From assembly GCA_965153285.1 (NCBI GenBank), contig OZ229115.1: a DNA stretch of 64,000 nt. The stretch is one strand, 5' to 3'. The DNA is from Podarcis tiliguerta (Eukaryota). Below are positions 1-47,100 of this stretch, piece by piece. Made by a program: the position numbers and the translations under genes. Below the pieces are notes generated by a model. The model worked only from the letters and a program-made list of their open reading frames with translations. It searched no databases and was not told where the DNA came from. The stretch's first letter is position 1. Each line of letters begins with the position of its first letter.

Positions 1-48
1 CTATGGCTATATAGATAAATGTGATAGGGCCTTAAGTTCACCAAGCTA

Positions 49-13826
<13,778 letters not shown>

Positions 13827-13829
13827 AGT

Positions 13830-14100
13830 ACTGGAAAAGTCTGGTTCTCTAGCGTCAGCAAAAAAAAGGAGCACCTCTCACTCCACAGACCGGTATCGAA
13901 AAGAAGCAGCGAAGCAACTGCCGCCGTTTTGAACGGGGCGCGCCGCAAAGCCTGCCGGGAAGCTACGTCTGTCAGGTGACGTAAATGCCTACAAAAAACC
14001 TACATCTACCAGCACGACTTGCGGCGCCCGCCCCCTAATTGTTTCCCCATGTTTTCTGGAGATTTACACTTCCGAAAATGACGTGCAAGCCAAAGTTAAT
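13830..14100 (-). promoter_or_regulatory. KIF2C CpG-rich promoter/5'UTR with CHR-like TTTGAA, CRE half-sites and a ZNF143-like motif
   Basis: CpG-dense stretch just upstream of the ATG. TTTGAA at 13928-13933 beside GGCGCGCC; TGACGT at about 13977 and 14079; CCTACATCTACCAGCACGACTTGCG at about 13999-14023 resembles an SBS. Fits a G2/M cell-cycle gene. Confidence 0.6.
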
Positions 14101-14236
14101 GACATGGAGCCTTCCCAGAGGAGCGTTCTAAGGGGGAAATGGCCTCTCTTGTGATGGAGAAGCAGCTATATAGGTAGACGAATGACGGGGTCTTTTAGTG
14201 CAGATTAATTGGTATCTCGTAATTTTTAACTTTTCC

Positions 14237-14286
14237 GTTTTCAACCTTTTTTGCGTTTTGCCCGATTCATTTATTTTTGCCTTTTG
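14237..14286 (+). repeat. Left arm of a perfect 50-bp inverted repeat (partner at 16486-16535)
   Basis: gttttcaaccttttttgcgttttgcccgattcatttatttttgccttttg is the exact reverse complement of 16486-16535. Confidence 0.95.
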
Positions 14287-14757
14287 CTTTACAACTTTTC
14301 CTTTTTTGAATCTATGGGAATCTCGTGACGATTGCCAAAATTCAATATTATGCACATATCGTATTCATGGCATTTTATCCCGCTCTTCCTTCAAGCTCAG
14401 GCACCCCGCCACCCGTTTTTATTCCCTTTACACCCTTATAAGATGGGCTGCCTGAGAGACACAAGCCCAATGTCACCGAGGGAGTTTTGTGGCGGAGGGG
14501 GCATTTGCACAGGGTTCCCCAAGTCCGATGGGCTTGCGATCAGAACGCTACATTTCTGGCAGTCCTTCATTCATTGATATACAGTAAATCGTAATTACCG
14601 GTAACTTCAAAATAAGCAGACTTTTAAAATTCTTGCTTCCGCCTAAACACGTATAAAACTGCGCTATGGATCGGCATTAATAGAAACGAACAGCATCATG
14701 CTTTTAACAACACTGTTTTATGCCTGTTGATTTTTGTGAAGTTAGTAAGCATTCAAA

Positions 14758-14769
14758 TCTATTTTTAAC
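14758..14769 (-). terminator. snRNA 3' box (Integrator processing signal)
   Basis: GTTAAAAATAGA on the minus strand about 11 nt downstream of the U5 3' end; resembles GTTTN1-4AAARNNAGA. Confidence 0.7.
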
Positions 14770-14779
14770 AGCAAAAAAG

Positions 14780-14896
14780 TAGCCCCACCGAAGCGGGGCC
14801 TCAAAAAATTAGTTGTAAACTCATAACTGTTCCTCTCCACGGAAATCTTTAGTAAAAGGCGAAAGATTTATACGATCTGAAGAGAAACCAGAGTAT
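14780..14896 (-). ncRNA. RNU5: U5 spliceosomal snRNA
   Basis: Reverse complement reads ATACTCTGGTTTCTCTTCAGATCGTATAAATCTTTCGCCTTTTACTAAAGATTTCCGTGGAGAGGAACAGTTATGAGTTTACAACTAATTTTTTGAGGCCCCGCTTCGGTGGGGCTA: invariant loop 1 GCCTTTTAC, Sm site AATTTTTTG and 3' stem-loop. Confidence 0.98.
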
Positions 14897-14933
14897 AAAC
14901 TTAAGCACCGTGGTAGATTTGCTGGAGTAACCA

Positions 14934-15165
14934 CGCCTGCTTCTTAGGTGACAGCAACTCCTTTAAACCAAGGTTTAAAATCTTGCTTTTCAGCAATGAG
15001 TTATATTCCGGAATTTCTACTTGCTTTTAGAACCAGCACATGTAATATTTCACAACAGAAATAAACAGAAAATACAGATAAAAGAATTAATTCAGCGCAC
15101 TGCATTATGGTTGTGACTAAATGCAAAATAAGCTCACAAACTTTTCCTGCTTTACGCCCCGCCCT
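14934..15165 (-). promoter_or_regulatory. snRNA-type promoter of U5: PSE (about -55) and DSE (octamer-like plus GC box, about -225 to -265)
   Basis: Minus-strand TCACCTAAGAAGCAGGCG begins at 14951, 55 nt upstream of +1. ATGCAAAA (one mismatch to the octamer) at 15121-15128 and CCCCGCCC at about 15157-15164. Confidence 0.6.
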
Positions 15166-15540
15166 CACCCAAGCCGTCAGCAGCGGCTGGATGCCCATAT
15201 CTGTCAGTGGCTTCCCTTGCTGCTACAGACTTGTTGGGTCTTGTTCATAATGGTGGTTCAATTTTCTACATACAGTACTTGGAAAAATGATACCACTGGA
15301 TAATTACGTAGTGAGCAATGTAACTAACACGCAGTAAGTAGCAAGGCCCCATAAAAATCTACACTTGGCTATGACAACACACTAATGATTACGTAGTTTC
15401 TTTTCAATCTATCATCTCCAAGGAAGAAAAAAAATGCCCTTTTTCAAAAAGAGGATTTCATACTAAAAATATATATTTGCCAACAAATTTTCTTTTCAAA
15501 TTCTAGTCTCAAACTCAGCAATAACAAAGTTGCCAACCCG

Positions 15541-15780
15541 AACCAATGGATTAAAGTTACATGAAAGCAGATTCTGACTAAACATCAAGAAGCACTTTGA
15601 CAATAAGAGCTGTTTGACAGTGGAAGTGACTCCCTGAGAAGGTTGTGGACTGTCCTTCACTGGAGGTTTTTAGCACTGGCTGGCCACCTGTCATGGATGC
15701 TTTAGTTGAGATTCCTGCATTGCAGGGGGTTGGACTAGATAGCCCTTGGGGGTCCTTTCCAATTCTACAATTTCTATGAT
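15541..15780 (+). mobile_element. CR1 LINE 3' fragment
   Basis: Degenerate ORF2 C-terminus, then gggggttggactagat...ggtcctttccaattctacaatttctatgat, a CR1 hairpin plus ATTCTRTG-type tail. Confidence 0.8.
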
Positions 15781-15954
15781 ACCAGTACTTGGTGTCTGTT
15801 TCTGCACTTTCTTTTAGGGTTATCACACTCCCCATAAATACATTTTCCCTGTGCTGGTGGCCATCAATGCGTCGTGTGGGAGCAAGTTCCTTAGTTAAAA
15901 TATGTGCTGCATATTTAAACTACTTTTATCTGTTCCAAATCTTCCAACATTCAG

Positions 15955-16175
15955 CTTCATTGGATGTCCTTGAGTTCTAGCATTATGAGAGAGGAAGAAA
16001 ATCTTTATCCTTTTTCTCCATACCATGCATAATTTTATAATCTTTTATTATGTCACCACCTACTCACCTTTTCTTTAAACTAAGAGGTCCCAAATGCTGT
16101 GCCACCTTTCTTCCCAGGTGAGTTGCTCCATCCCATTTATCATTTAGGTTGCCCCTTTCTGAACCTTTTCCAAGT
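15955..16175 (-). mobile_element. CR1 LINE fragment
   Basis: Similar to the CR1 fragment at 31320-31530 (ttatgagagaggaagaa..., gagttgctccat..., gttgccc..ttctgaaccttttccaa). Confidence 0.6.
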
Positions 16176-16485
16176 CAAAGGCGCACAAATGTGTGCGTGG
16201 AAACAGACCCATGTATGCACGAATGCCGGAGTGTAGGGAAGCCTTTATTGCCCTGCATATAAACAACAGAAGAAGAAGAATGGAGTTGCTTTAAGAACAT
16301 ACACTCTCCTTAACTGTCCCTCCCCTCTAGTGACTGATGCAGGGAGGTGGCTGACACCCCAACCAGGTATTATAGACTCAGCTCCTTCTTGGATTCTCAG
16401 ATTGCATTTAGAGTTTCCCAGTAACAGCTCTTACTGATTTGGTTAATATTATGTATTGCATTTACTTTAGGCCTTTTTATTATTA

Positions 16486-16535
16486 CAAAAGGCAAAAATA
16501 AATGAATCGGGCAAAACGCAAAAAAGGTTGAAAAC
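16486..16535 (-). repeat. Right arm of a perfect 50-bp inverted repeat (partner at 14237-14286)
   Basis: caaaaggcaaaaataaatgaatcgggcaaaacgcaaaaaaggttgaaaac. Confidence 0.95.
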
Positions 16536-16983
16536 CTTTTCACGTCATATACTTTTTTCCACTTTGTACATATGGTTAGGAATGGACTATATGTACATAA
16601 ACATTTTTATTGAAGTGCTTGTGGATTAGGCTTGCAGTAGCACACAATCCAGGCCAGATATTACAGAGTGCTATCACAGAGAGGGCCCTGTCAGAAATAT
16701 AAAAAGCAAATAGAGACCAGGTGCACACACAGATCTCCTCTCCTTAACAGATCTTAGGTAACAGCAAACATAAACAGTAGCTACTGCCATGGTGATTATT
16801 CCAATCACTCTGGGCTACTTTGCTGCATCATTTTGGCTGGCTAGCACCACCTGCCAGTTACCAGCATAGCAACTATAGAAACTCCATATGCTGTTGTAGT
16901 CCTTTCCTGCAAGGAAGAACAAGTGCCCAGTGCCTTCCAAATAAACACCACCCTTTGTGGAACAGCAGCAGCAGTCACTCCTC

Positions 16984-39805
<22,822 letters not shown>

Positions 39806-40460
39806 AGAGAAGGAACAAGACATCTTAGGCTACATACTAGCTTACTCTACTGGCAATCATTGCAAGACTTTATTAAGTTTATGAAGAATGTCCATCCTGT
39901 AGCCTAATACCTCAAGTGGCCACCTGTTTTATTAGTGGTTATGGTAAAGTATATTAATGTGGCTGACATCTTGGCAGTGAATGAGGGATAATCACCTGCT
40001 TGAAGCAGCCATGCTATTTTGATTTAAAAAACAACCCAGGTGTCACTTCCTTACTTGGAAACTGCACAAACATTGGCTGCTGTGCACCTAAACCTGCATC
40101 AGTTCTCCGGACTGAGTATTTTCCATATCTTCTTTATACCATTCCTAAGTAGTGGTTTAATTCTAGCACCCATGAGCCTCTCACCCTTATATCATCTCTC
40201 CCCAACAGAATCCTACTTTAACCTGGGCTCTTCTTCCAGCTGAGTTAATGTAATGTGCCTGACACACAAATGAGACATTTTGCATCAAACACAAGCCTGA
40301 TTCAATTTTTTAGTTTGTCAAAGCAGATCTATTTTAAGTTCCACCCTTTGTCTTCCCTCCAACAAGCCTGCACTCTGCTTGACTCCCACAAAATTTGCTA
40401 GGAGGCTCATCCTCTCAAAACTATTTCCAGTCTGACACAGTAGACATAAATGCTTTAGTG

Positions 40461-40720
40461 CAGGGGTCAGCAAACCTTTTCAGCAGGGGGCCCGTCCACT
40501 GTTCCTCAGACCTTGTGGGGGGGGGGGGGGCTGGACTATACATTGGGGGGGGGGGGGGATGAACGAATTCCTGTGCCGCACAAATAACCCAGAGCTGCAT
40601 TTTAAATTAAAAGGACACATTCTACTCATGTAAAAACACGCTGATTTCTGGACCGTCCGCAGGCCAGATTTAGGTGATTGGGCTGGATCAGGCCCCCCGG
40701 CCTTAGTTTGCTTACCCATG
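40461..40720. mobile_element. hAT-family MITE
   Basis: Termini CAGGGGTCAGCAAAC / GTTTGCTTACCCATG with an 8-bp TSD ctttagtg/gtttagtg. Confidence 0.8.
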
Positions 40721-41036
40721 GTTTAGTGCTTCCTCAGACTTGCAGTTTCAAACTAAATCCAGGAAGAAATGCCACCAACATTTAGGCCCCATATCTGCTC
40801 AGTATCTAGGCCACAATTTTCTAACCACAAAAAAATGCTACTTTGCTTCCTAAACCCTTACAAACCAGACATTTACAAGTCAGTACATCAACTGAAAGCC
40901 AGCCTGGCACTGCTGTTGTAGAACTGGCTAGGAGGCAGATGCAACCATCTTTAGGTCTGCTGATGGAGACAATAGGTATTTATGCATGAATATGGCTGAA
41001 TTTTATCAAAAGGCAGTGTTAAATGTTTGAGTAATC

Positions 41037-41042
41037 TTTATT
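41037..41042 (-). terminator. NASP polyadenylation signal AATAAA
   Basis: tttatt on the + strand, about 87 nt after the NASP stop codon. Confidence 0.7.
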
Positions 41043-41128
41043 GAATACAAAAGTTGCCAAAAGTGAAAAAATACATTATATACAAAACCCACTGGCCTTG
41101 GGAGGGAGTGTCCAATATTAAAACTATA

Positions 41129-44100
41129 TCATACAGCACTTTGAACTGTTTCAACTTGTGGCCTTTCCTCTGCCTGTAAAAAAAAAAAAAAAAAAAAAAA
41201 GAGTAATTTAGGACATGCATTTGTTTTATCTGACCAGTTAAATACAGCTCTTGAAAGCATTCAACACACTTATGTACAATTGATTACTTAAATGTAGCAT
41301 GGCTGCTGCTGCCTCTTGACAGAAGCCATTAACCAAATTACGCTTAGATAATCTGTCTTAAATCCCTTTCTCTATTTCTGATAATGTAAAGAATTAGGAC
41401 TCCTACATAAATAGTACTTTAAGCATCCAAGAGATACATACTGCATTCTGCAAGTATACAAAACTAGTCTAGCAGGTTTAAGTTTAGACAGATTCCAACA
41501 TGCATTTTGACACAAGCAAATTTCCAACTTTAAGTGGTCTGGGAGGGAAGACCAACAAGCAATTAAAGGCAGGCAGGAAAGATGAGCTTGGGAAATGGAA
41601 AATATACAGAAGACTCCTGACTCGACAGCCCACCTCCTCTTCCTTTTTCTCTGCAACCACATTTCCACTGGGGGTAGCATCACCACCACCATTGACAGCC
41701 GGTTCTGGTTTAGATTTCTTAGCTTCATTATCTCCCTGTTGAGTTTCTTCCTCGGGTTTCCTCTGAAGACAAAATTGTTTAGTCTTCACCAAGTACAATT
41801 TCAAATGTAAAGTATTAATAAAGAATATCTAGTGCTATTATGCATTTACTAATAATAAGCTGCCAACTGAACTGTGCTTTAAAACTGTTCTGGGCTACAG
41901 CAAAGGTTACAAGGTGCATATTGCTGCTTCAGCTATTGGAAAGTTGTCCTCCAATACTGAAAGCAATCTAGTTCTGGGTTACCTAACAGTCTACACATAG
42001 CTCTCAAAATCAGAAGGCAGACTGTAGAAGAGAGAGATCAAATATATGGAGAGATTTTGTTAAGAGGGTATCTTTATTTTTGCCATTCTGTTAACATTGT
42101 ATCTTTTCTCCTTTCCAATTAGATGCTATCAATAGACGGGCAGCCACTGTTGCATATAAAAAGATTTCTCTTATATTTTTCGGAATGTCTCTACCCAAGA
42201 TTCCTAACAGAGAGGCTTCTGGTTTCTTTAAAAATGTTAATTTGAATGTTTTTTCATCTCATCATAAATATTCCAAAAATTTTGGACTTTTCTGCATGTC
42301 CACCACATATGGTAAAAATCTCCCATTTTTTCCCCACACTTCCAACACTTATTCAAACTATTTTTATACATTTGAGATTTTTGATGGTGTAAGGTACCAC
42401 CAAAACTGCATTTTCATCATATTTTCTTTGATGGTGTGACATGCAGTAAAGTTCATGTTAATTTTCCAGAGTGATTCCCATTCTCTCATCATAATGGGAC
42501 ATCCGATATCCTGCGCCCATCTAATCATGACCACCTTCACCTTCTCGACTTCCCAGTCAAGGAGGAGTCAGTACATCCTTGTGATAATCTTGGTGTCATT
42601 ATTTAACAGCACTATTTCAAATTTAGAGGGCTCATTGGCAAATTCATTTTATTTGTCCTGTCTGAATGTCTCAAAAAGTTGATGATACACAGACTATGTG
42701 GAAATGGCTCAATTAACAAATAGGTTAAGAGGTAACACCAAACAATCTTTTTCTCAAAAATGGGAAATGTTTAAGAGATACTTACAAAAAAATAACAGTG
42801 ACATATTATCTATGGTAGTATTTGAATGACCCTTGTGTACATAAAGTATTAAGTAATAAAGGAAAATTGGTATGCTAGGTTGTAAGAAAGTATTAAAAAA
42901 TATTGTATTAATTGTAAGGTAATAATTATAAGTACATTCAATATCACAAATGTCAACTATATTGGGAAATCTATATTTATTTTACTTAAATTTGTTGTTG
43001 TTTTACTTTATTTTATGTACCATTATATGATTTTAGCTTAGCTGATACCTAAGTGGAATTAGGTTAAATTAACATTCTAAGTTAAACAAATTTAAGAATA
43101 TGTATATATTGTATGTATGTGTGAAGTTAAATTTGTAATGACATTAATGAATTTCAATAAAGAATTTTTTTCATTAAAAAAAAAGGGGGGGTATCTTAAG
43201 ATACAAATAGTTTGCTTGTTTTAGACTGCCTTTGCTATTTTAACCAATTCTCCTTTCCACTTGAAATATGGGAACCCAGCTCAGCCTGGCTGTGACATTC
43301 AGTTTATATGGATTTCATGCTACCTGTAAACTCTGAATCTCTACCCTGGACAATTTTGCAGGTCCCCAACACATCTAAATTCTCAAGTGCCTGCAGGACC
43401 CACACAATTAAGCTTTGAAATTAAACCAGGGCGAGTCAGATGAGCACAGCACAGCACAAAACCATCAAAAGCTACCAAGTGCGCTAGATGGTTCTCAGGC
43501 TGATTGGCTCCCAGTGGAGAAGATATTATGCAGGATTTCTAAAATTTGTAGAAGCAGAATGATTGAAGCTTTTAAGTGATGGCTTAAGTCAGACATAGGC
43601 AAACTTGGCCCTCCAGATGTTTTGGGACGACAACTCCCATCATCCCTGACCACTGTTCCTGTTAGCTAGGGATGGTGGGAGCTGTAGTCCCAAAACATCT
43701 GGAGGGCCAAGTTTGCCTACACCTGGTTCAAGTACTGCAAGCCAGTGGTTACCTATTTTTGTTAGTTGTATGGGACACAAACCTTTTTTCTGACAAGATG
43801 GGAGATGTCTGTAATACACTGAGGAGCTCCATCAGTTTTTTGCCCAGCTGGGATCTGTTACAAAACAGAAGGCAAAATATGAAATACTATAGAAACAGCA
43901 AAATTAAACTGCTTGCTTTAGGGATTAGTATCACTTACAGCTGAAGCTGGATTGCTTTCAGTTGCCTGTGGAAAACTAGAAGATGATCCACCAACCTGGA
44001 AACAAAGAGATCTATCAGTCTAAAAGTCACTATTAAAAGCCTACTGGGACTAAACTATAAACATGTACAATGAAGAGCACATCGGTTTTGAAGAACAATT

Positions 44101-47100
44101 TATAAAATTTAAGGTGTAATGAGAAGCAATAATGAGGAAGCTGGTCTGCAGTTAATTTTTCAAGCTCCCAATGTTTTTTAAGACCACAAGAGAAGTAATC
44201 AGGTGTCTCATCTGTAGTGTGTGAACCCCCAAGCTATTTTGCAGTTGCTATCTGCAGTCTTGCTTTAAGAATAAGGGACATATTCAAGCCTGCATTTCCA
44301 CTGATGCAACAACTTCCATTCCTATAACAGTGCTTCATCTACTGTCACCTCCAGCTAACTATCTTCAAAATCAGCTCAAGAGTTTGGGCAATCCTCCAGA
44401 TCAAATTTTACATGTCATCTTATCATTAATTATTCAATGTAAGGTCTTTGAACTCAGGGCTTCCAAAGTCATCTCCTACCCCCCCCCCCCAAAAAAGTAA
44501 AAATTTAGCATTTTCCACTATAAAACTAAGTATCAATGGCATCCTTTCTTCCCATTTACAGCTGTGTATCTCAGCTTAATTTATTTTGCTATCTGCTCCT
44601 CTCTAGCACAAGTTCACAAAAAACGGTAGTAGTAAGCCTAGGACTCACCAAAGTTGCTTTCAGAGCCAGTTCGGCTATTCTTGCGCTCTTTTGAGACTCC
44701 TTTGAATCTTCTATCTTCTCTTTAATTTCAGGAAGCAGTCCCTCGAGTTCTACAATTTCCTTCTCATCCTCAGCTGCTCCCTCCCCTTTTGTTTTTAGTC
44801 GCTCAGTCAACATCGCTAAAAAGGTGATATTTAGGTGATATTAGTACTTTTAGAGCCATTTACTCATCAGTTTTGGGCTTTGTCCCAGTGTATGTTAAAA
44901 CAGATTCTCAAGGATCAGCAGCAGCTGCCAAATTTCTTGCAGTGTTTGCTAGCTGACACATTAGCTCTCTGAACACCTCTTCATGAAGAAACTAGCTCTG
45001 CAGCTTTCCCAACACTGTACATTTGGAGCTTGGAGGACACAGTAACGGTAATGCTTAACTAAAACTGCATGAAGAACTGCACTTCACTTACCCAGTCTTT
45101 TATCAATGACTTCCATCGATTTACTATACTGCAACACTGCTTCATCATACTGATTATCATAGTGAAAGGCCAACCCTAGATGATAATGAGTCTCTGCAAG
45201 CAAGCGGTCATGGGCCTCTAAGTACTTCTGCTGAAGAGCCAGGCAAGAACGGAACTCTTCTATAGCTTGAGAGTAGTTTTCTGCACAATAAAAACAGAAA
45301 GTAAAGCACAGGACTTTCATATGAAGGTAGAAATTTGTACAAAGCAGAATTCAATCATAGTGTAGAAAAAAGGTTTTCAATCAAGTTTTATAACCTGTCG
45401 TGATTCCAGCATCAATTTTTGAATAATATAGGACATTTTACATTTAATATAGTCTGCAGAGACTGGTGGAAACAGTGGCTAGAAAGCATATCTGGCTTGC
45501 TCAACATAGTTCAACAGCTGAGAACAAATGAGGAGACTGCAAGCTTCCTTCCCATGCCTTTCCCCTTATTCATCAGCTACATCCTGGTTTGGTTAAACTC
45601 CAATTAGCCATTATATTCAAAACAGGGAACTATAGTTTAAGTTCCTGGTTAGTAGACAGACAAAGTTGCATTTAGGAACCAGGCAGAGGGCCTTCTTGGT
45701 AATGATGCCGTCCCTGTGGAATGCCTTCCCTTCAGATGTCAAGGAAATAAACAACTATCTTACTTTTAGAAGACATCTGAAGGTAGCCCTGCTTAGGGAA
45801 GTTTCTAAGGATTGATGTTTTCAGATATGTTGTAAGCCACCCAGAGTGGCCAGATGGACAGGGTATTAATAAAATTAGTGTAATTATTATTATTAGGCAG
45901 AATAGCTAACTGAAATTTAATTACCATTTAACCAGGGTGTAAACACTGAGAAAGGACCAAGGCGAGGGGCCTCTATTCGTTCTTCAAGGCTTCTAAGCTA
46001 TGCTTTAATAAGCAGGGAATCATGCATCTGAACTAGGCCACAGTAGAATAAAAGTAACCAATCTACCAGCATACTTCCCAATAGTGTAGGTAACTGTATT
46101 ATAACGAAGTACAGTATGAGGTGTCCAAAATAAAAGGCTTAGTTGATAAACTCTGAGCTAGTTGATAAAGTCTGAGCAGCTTTGAAAATATGAATACTGT
46201 AAAGTGAATACAAAATATATTACTGACAGTTTATATAATATGTAATGGACATGCAAAAACTAAAATATCATATGCAGTGGAAATATGAATAATAGTATCA
46301 GAAATTAATCCACTGCATGCCTAAGCAACTTTAAGGTAGTTACCAGATTCGATGCTAACTTCTCCTAGTTTTAGGTGAGCCTGAGCAACAAGGAGCTGAG
46401 CTTCTTTCGTGTCCTGTCTAGATCAAGAAGGCAGAGTCAGCAAGATTGTCATAACACCTTTAGTTGTATAAAAAGGCATTATTTGTCAGAACTCCCAGAC
46501 ATACCTTTTGTATATTACTTTTGCTAACTCCAGCATATCCCAAGCCAGTTCTAAGTTTCCAACATCGTCTTCTTCACTCTCCTAAAGCAAAGTTATTTGA
46601 AAGTCAAAGAAAAGGATAGAAAGGCAATCGCTAAGGATCTTGGCAGACCACTTGATTTTTCTGCTTGTTGTAGCAACTGTAGTGCCCCGTGCTAGATGCT
46701 CCATGATTCCAATTGTATTTTTACAGACATAACACAGACCTCCTGAATGAAGCTTGTGGACTACTGGTGGTTGATGGACCAACTTAGGAACTCCTGCCTT
46801 AAAGCAGGCAACTGAAGAAACCAGTCACCATAGGAAACAAATATATAAACTTTAGAAAAGAAACATCATACCCCTTCCACAAACTCCTATGCTGAAGCGT
46901 TTGTTAGCAAAATTTAGCACTTTATATTAGGGAAATCAGCACTTCTTCCTTACAAAGGCGCCAGTGCTATTGCAGGGAGTCTTGAACACAGCAGAGGAAG
47001 CTCTATTAATGTCCCTTTCCTTTAAGTTGCTCAATACAGTGTGCATGGTTCTCTCTCTCCCCATTTTATCCTCACAGCTCTGAGGTAAGACTAAGAGACA

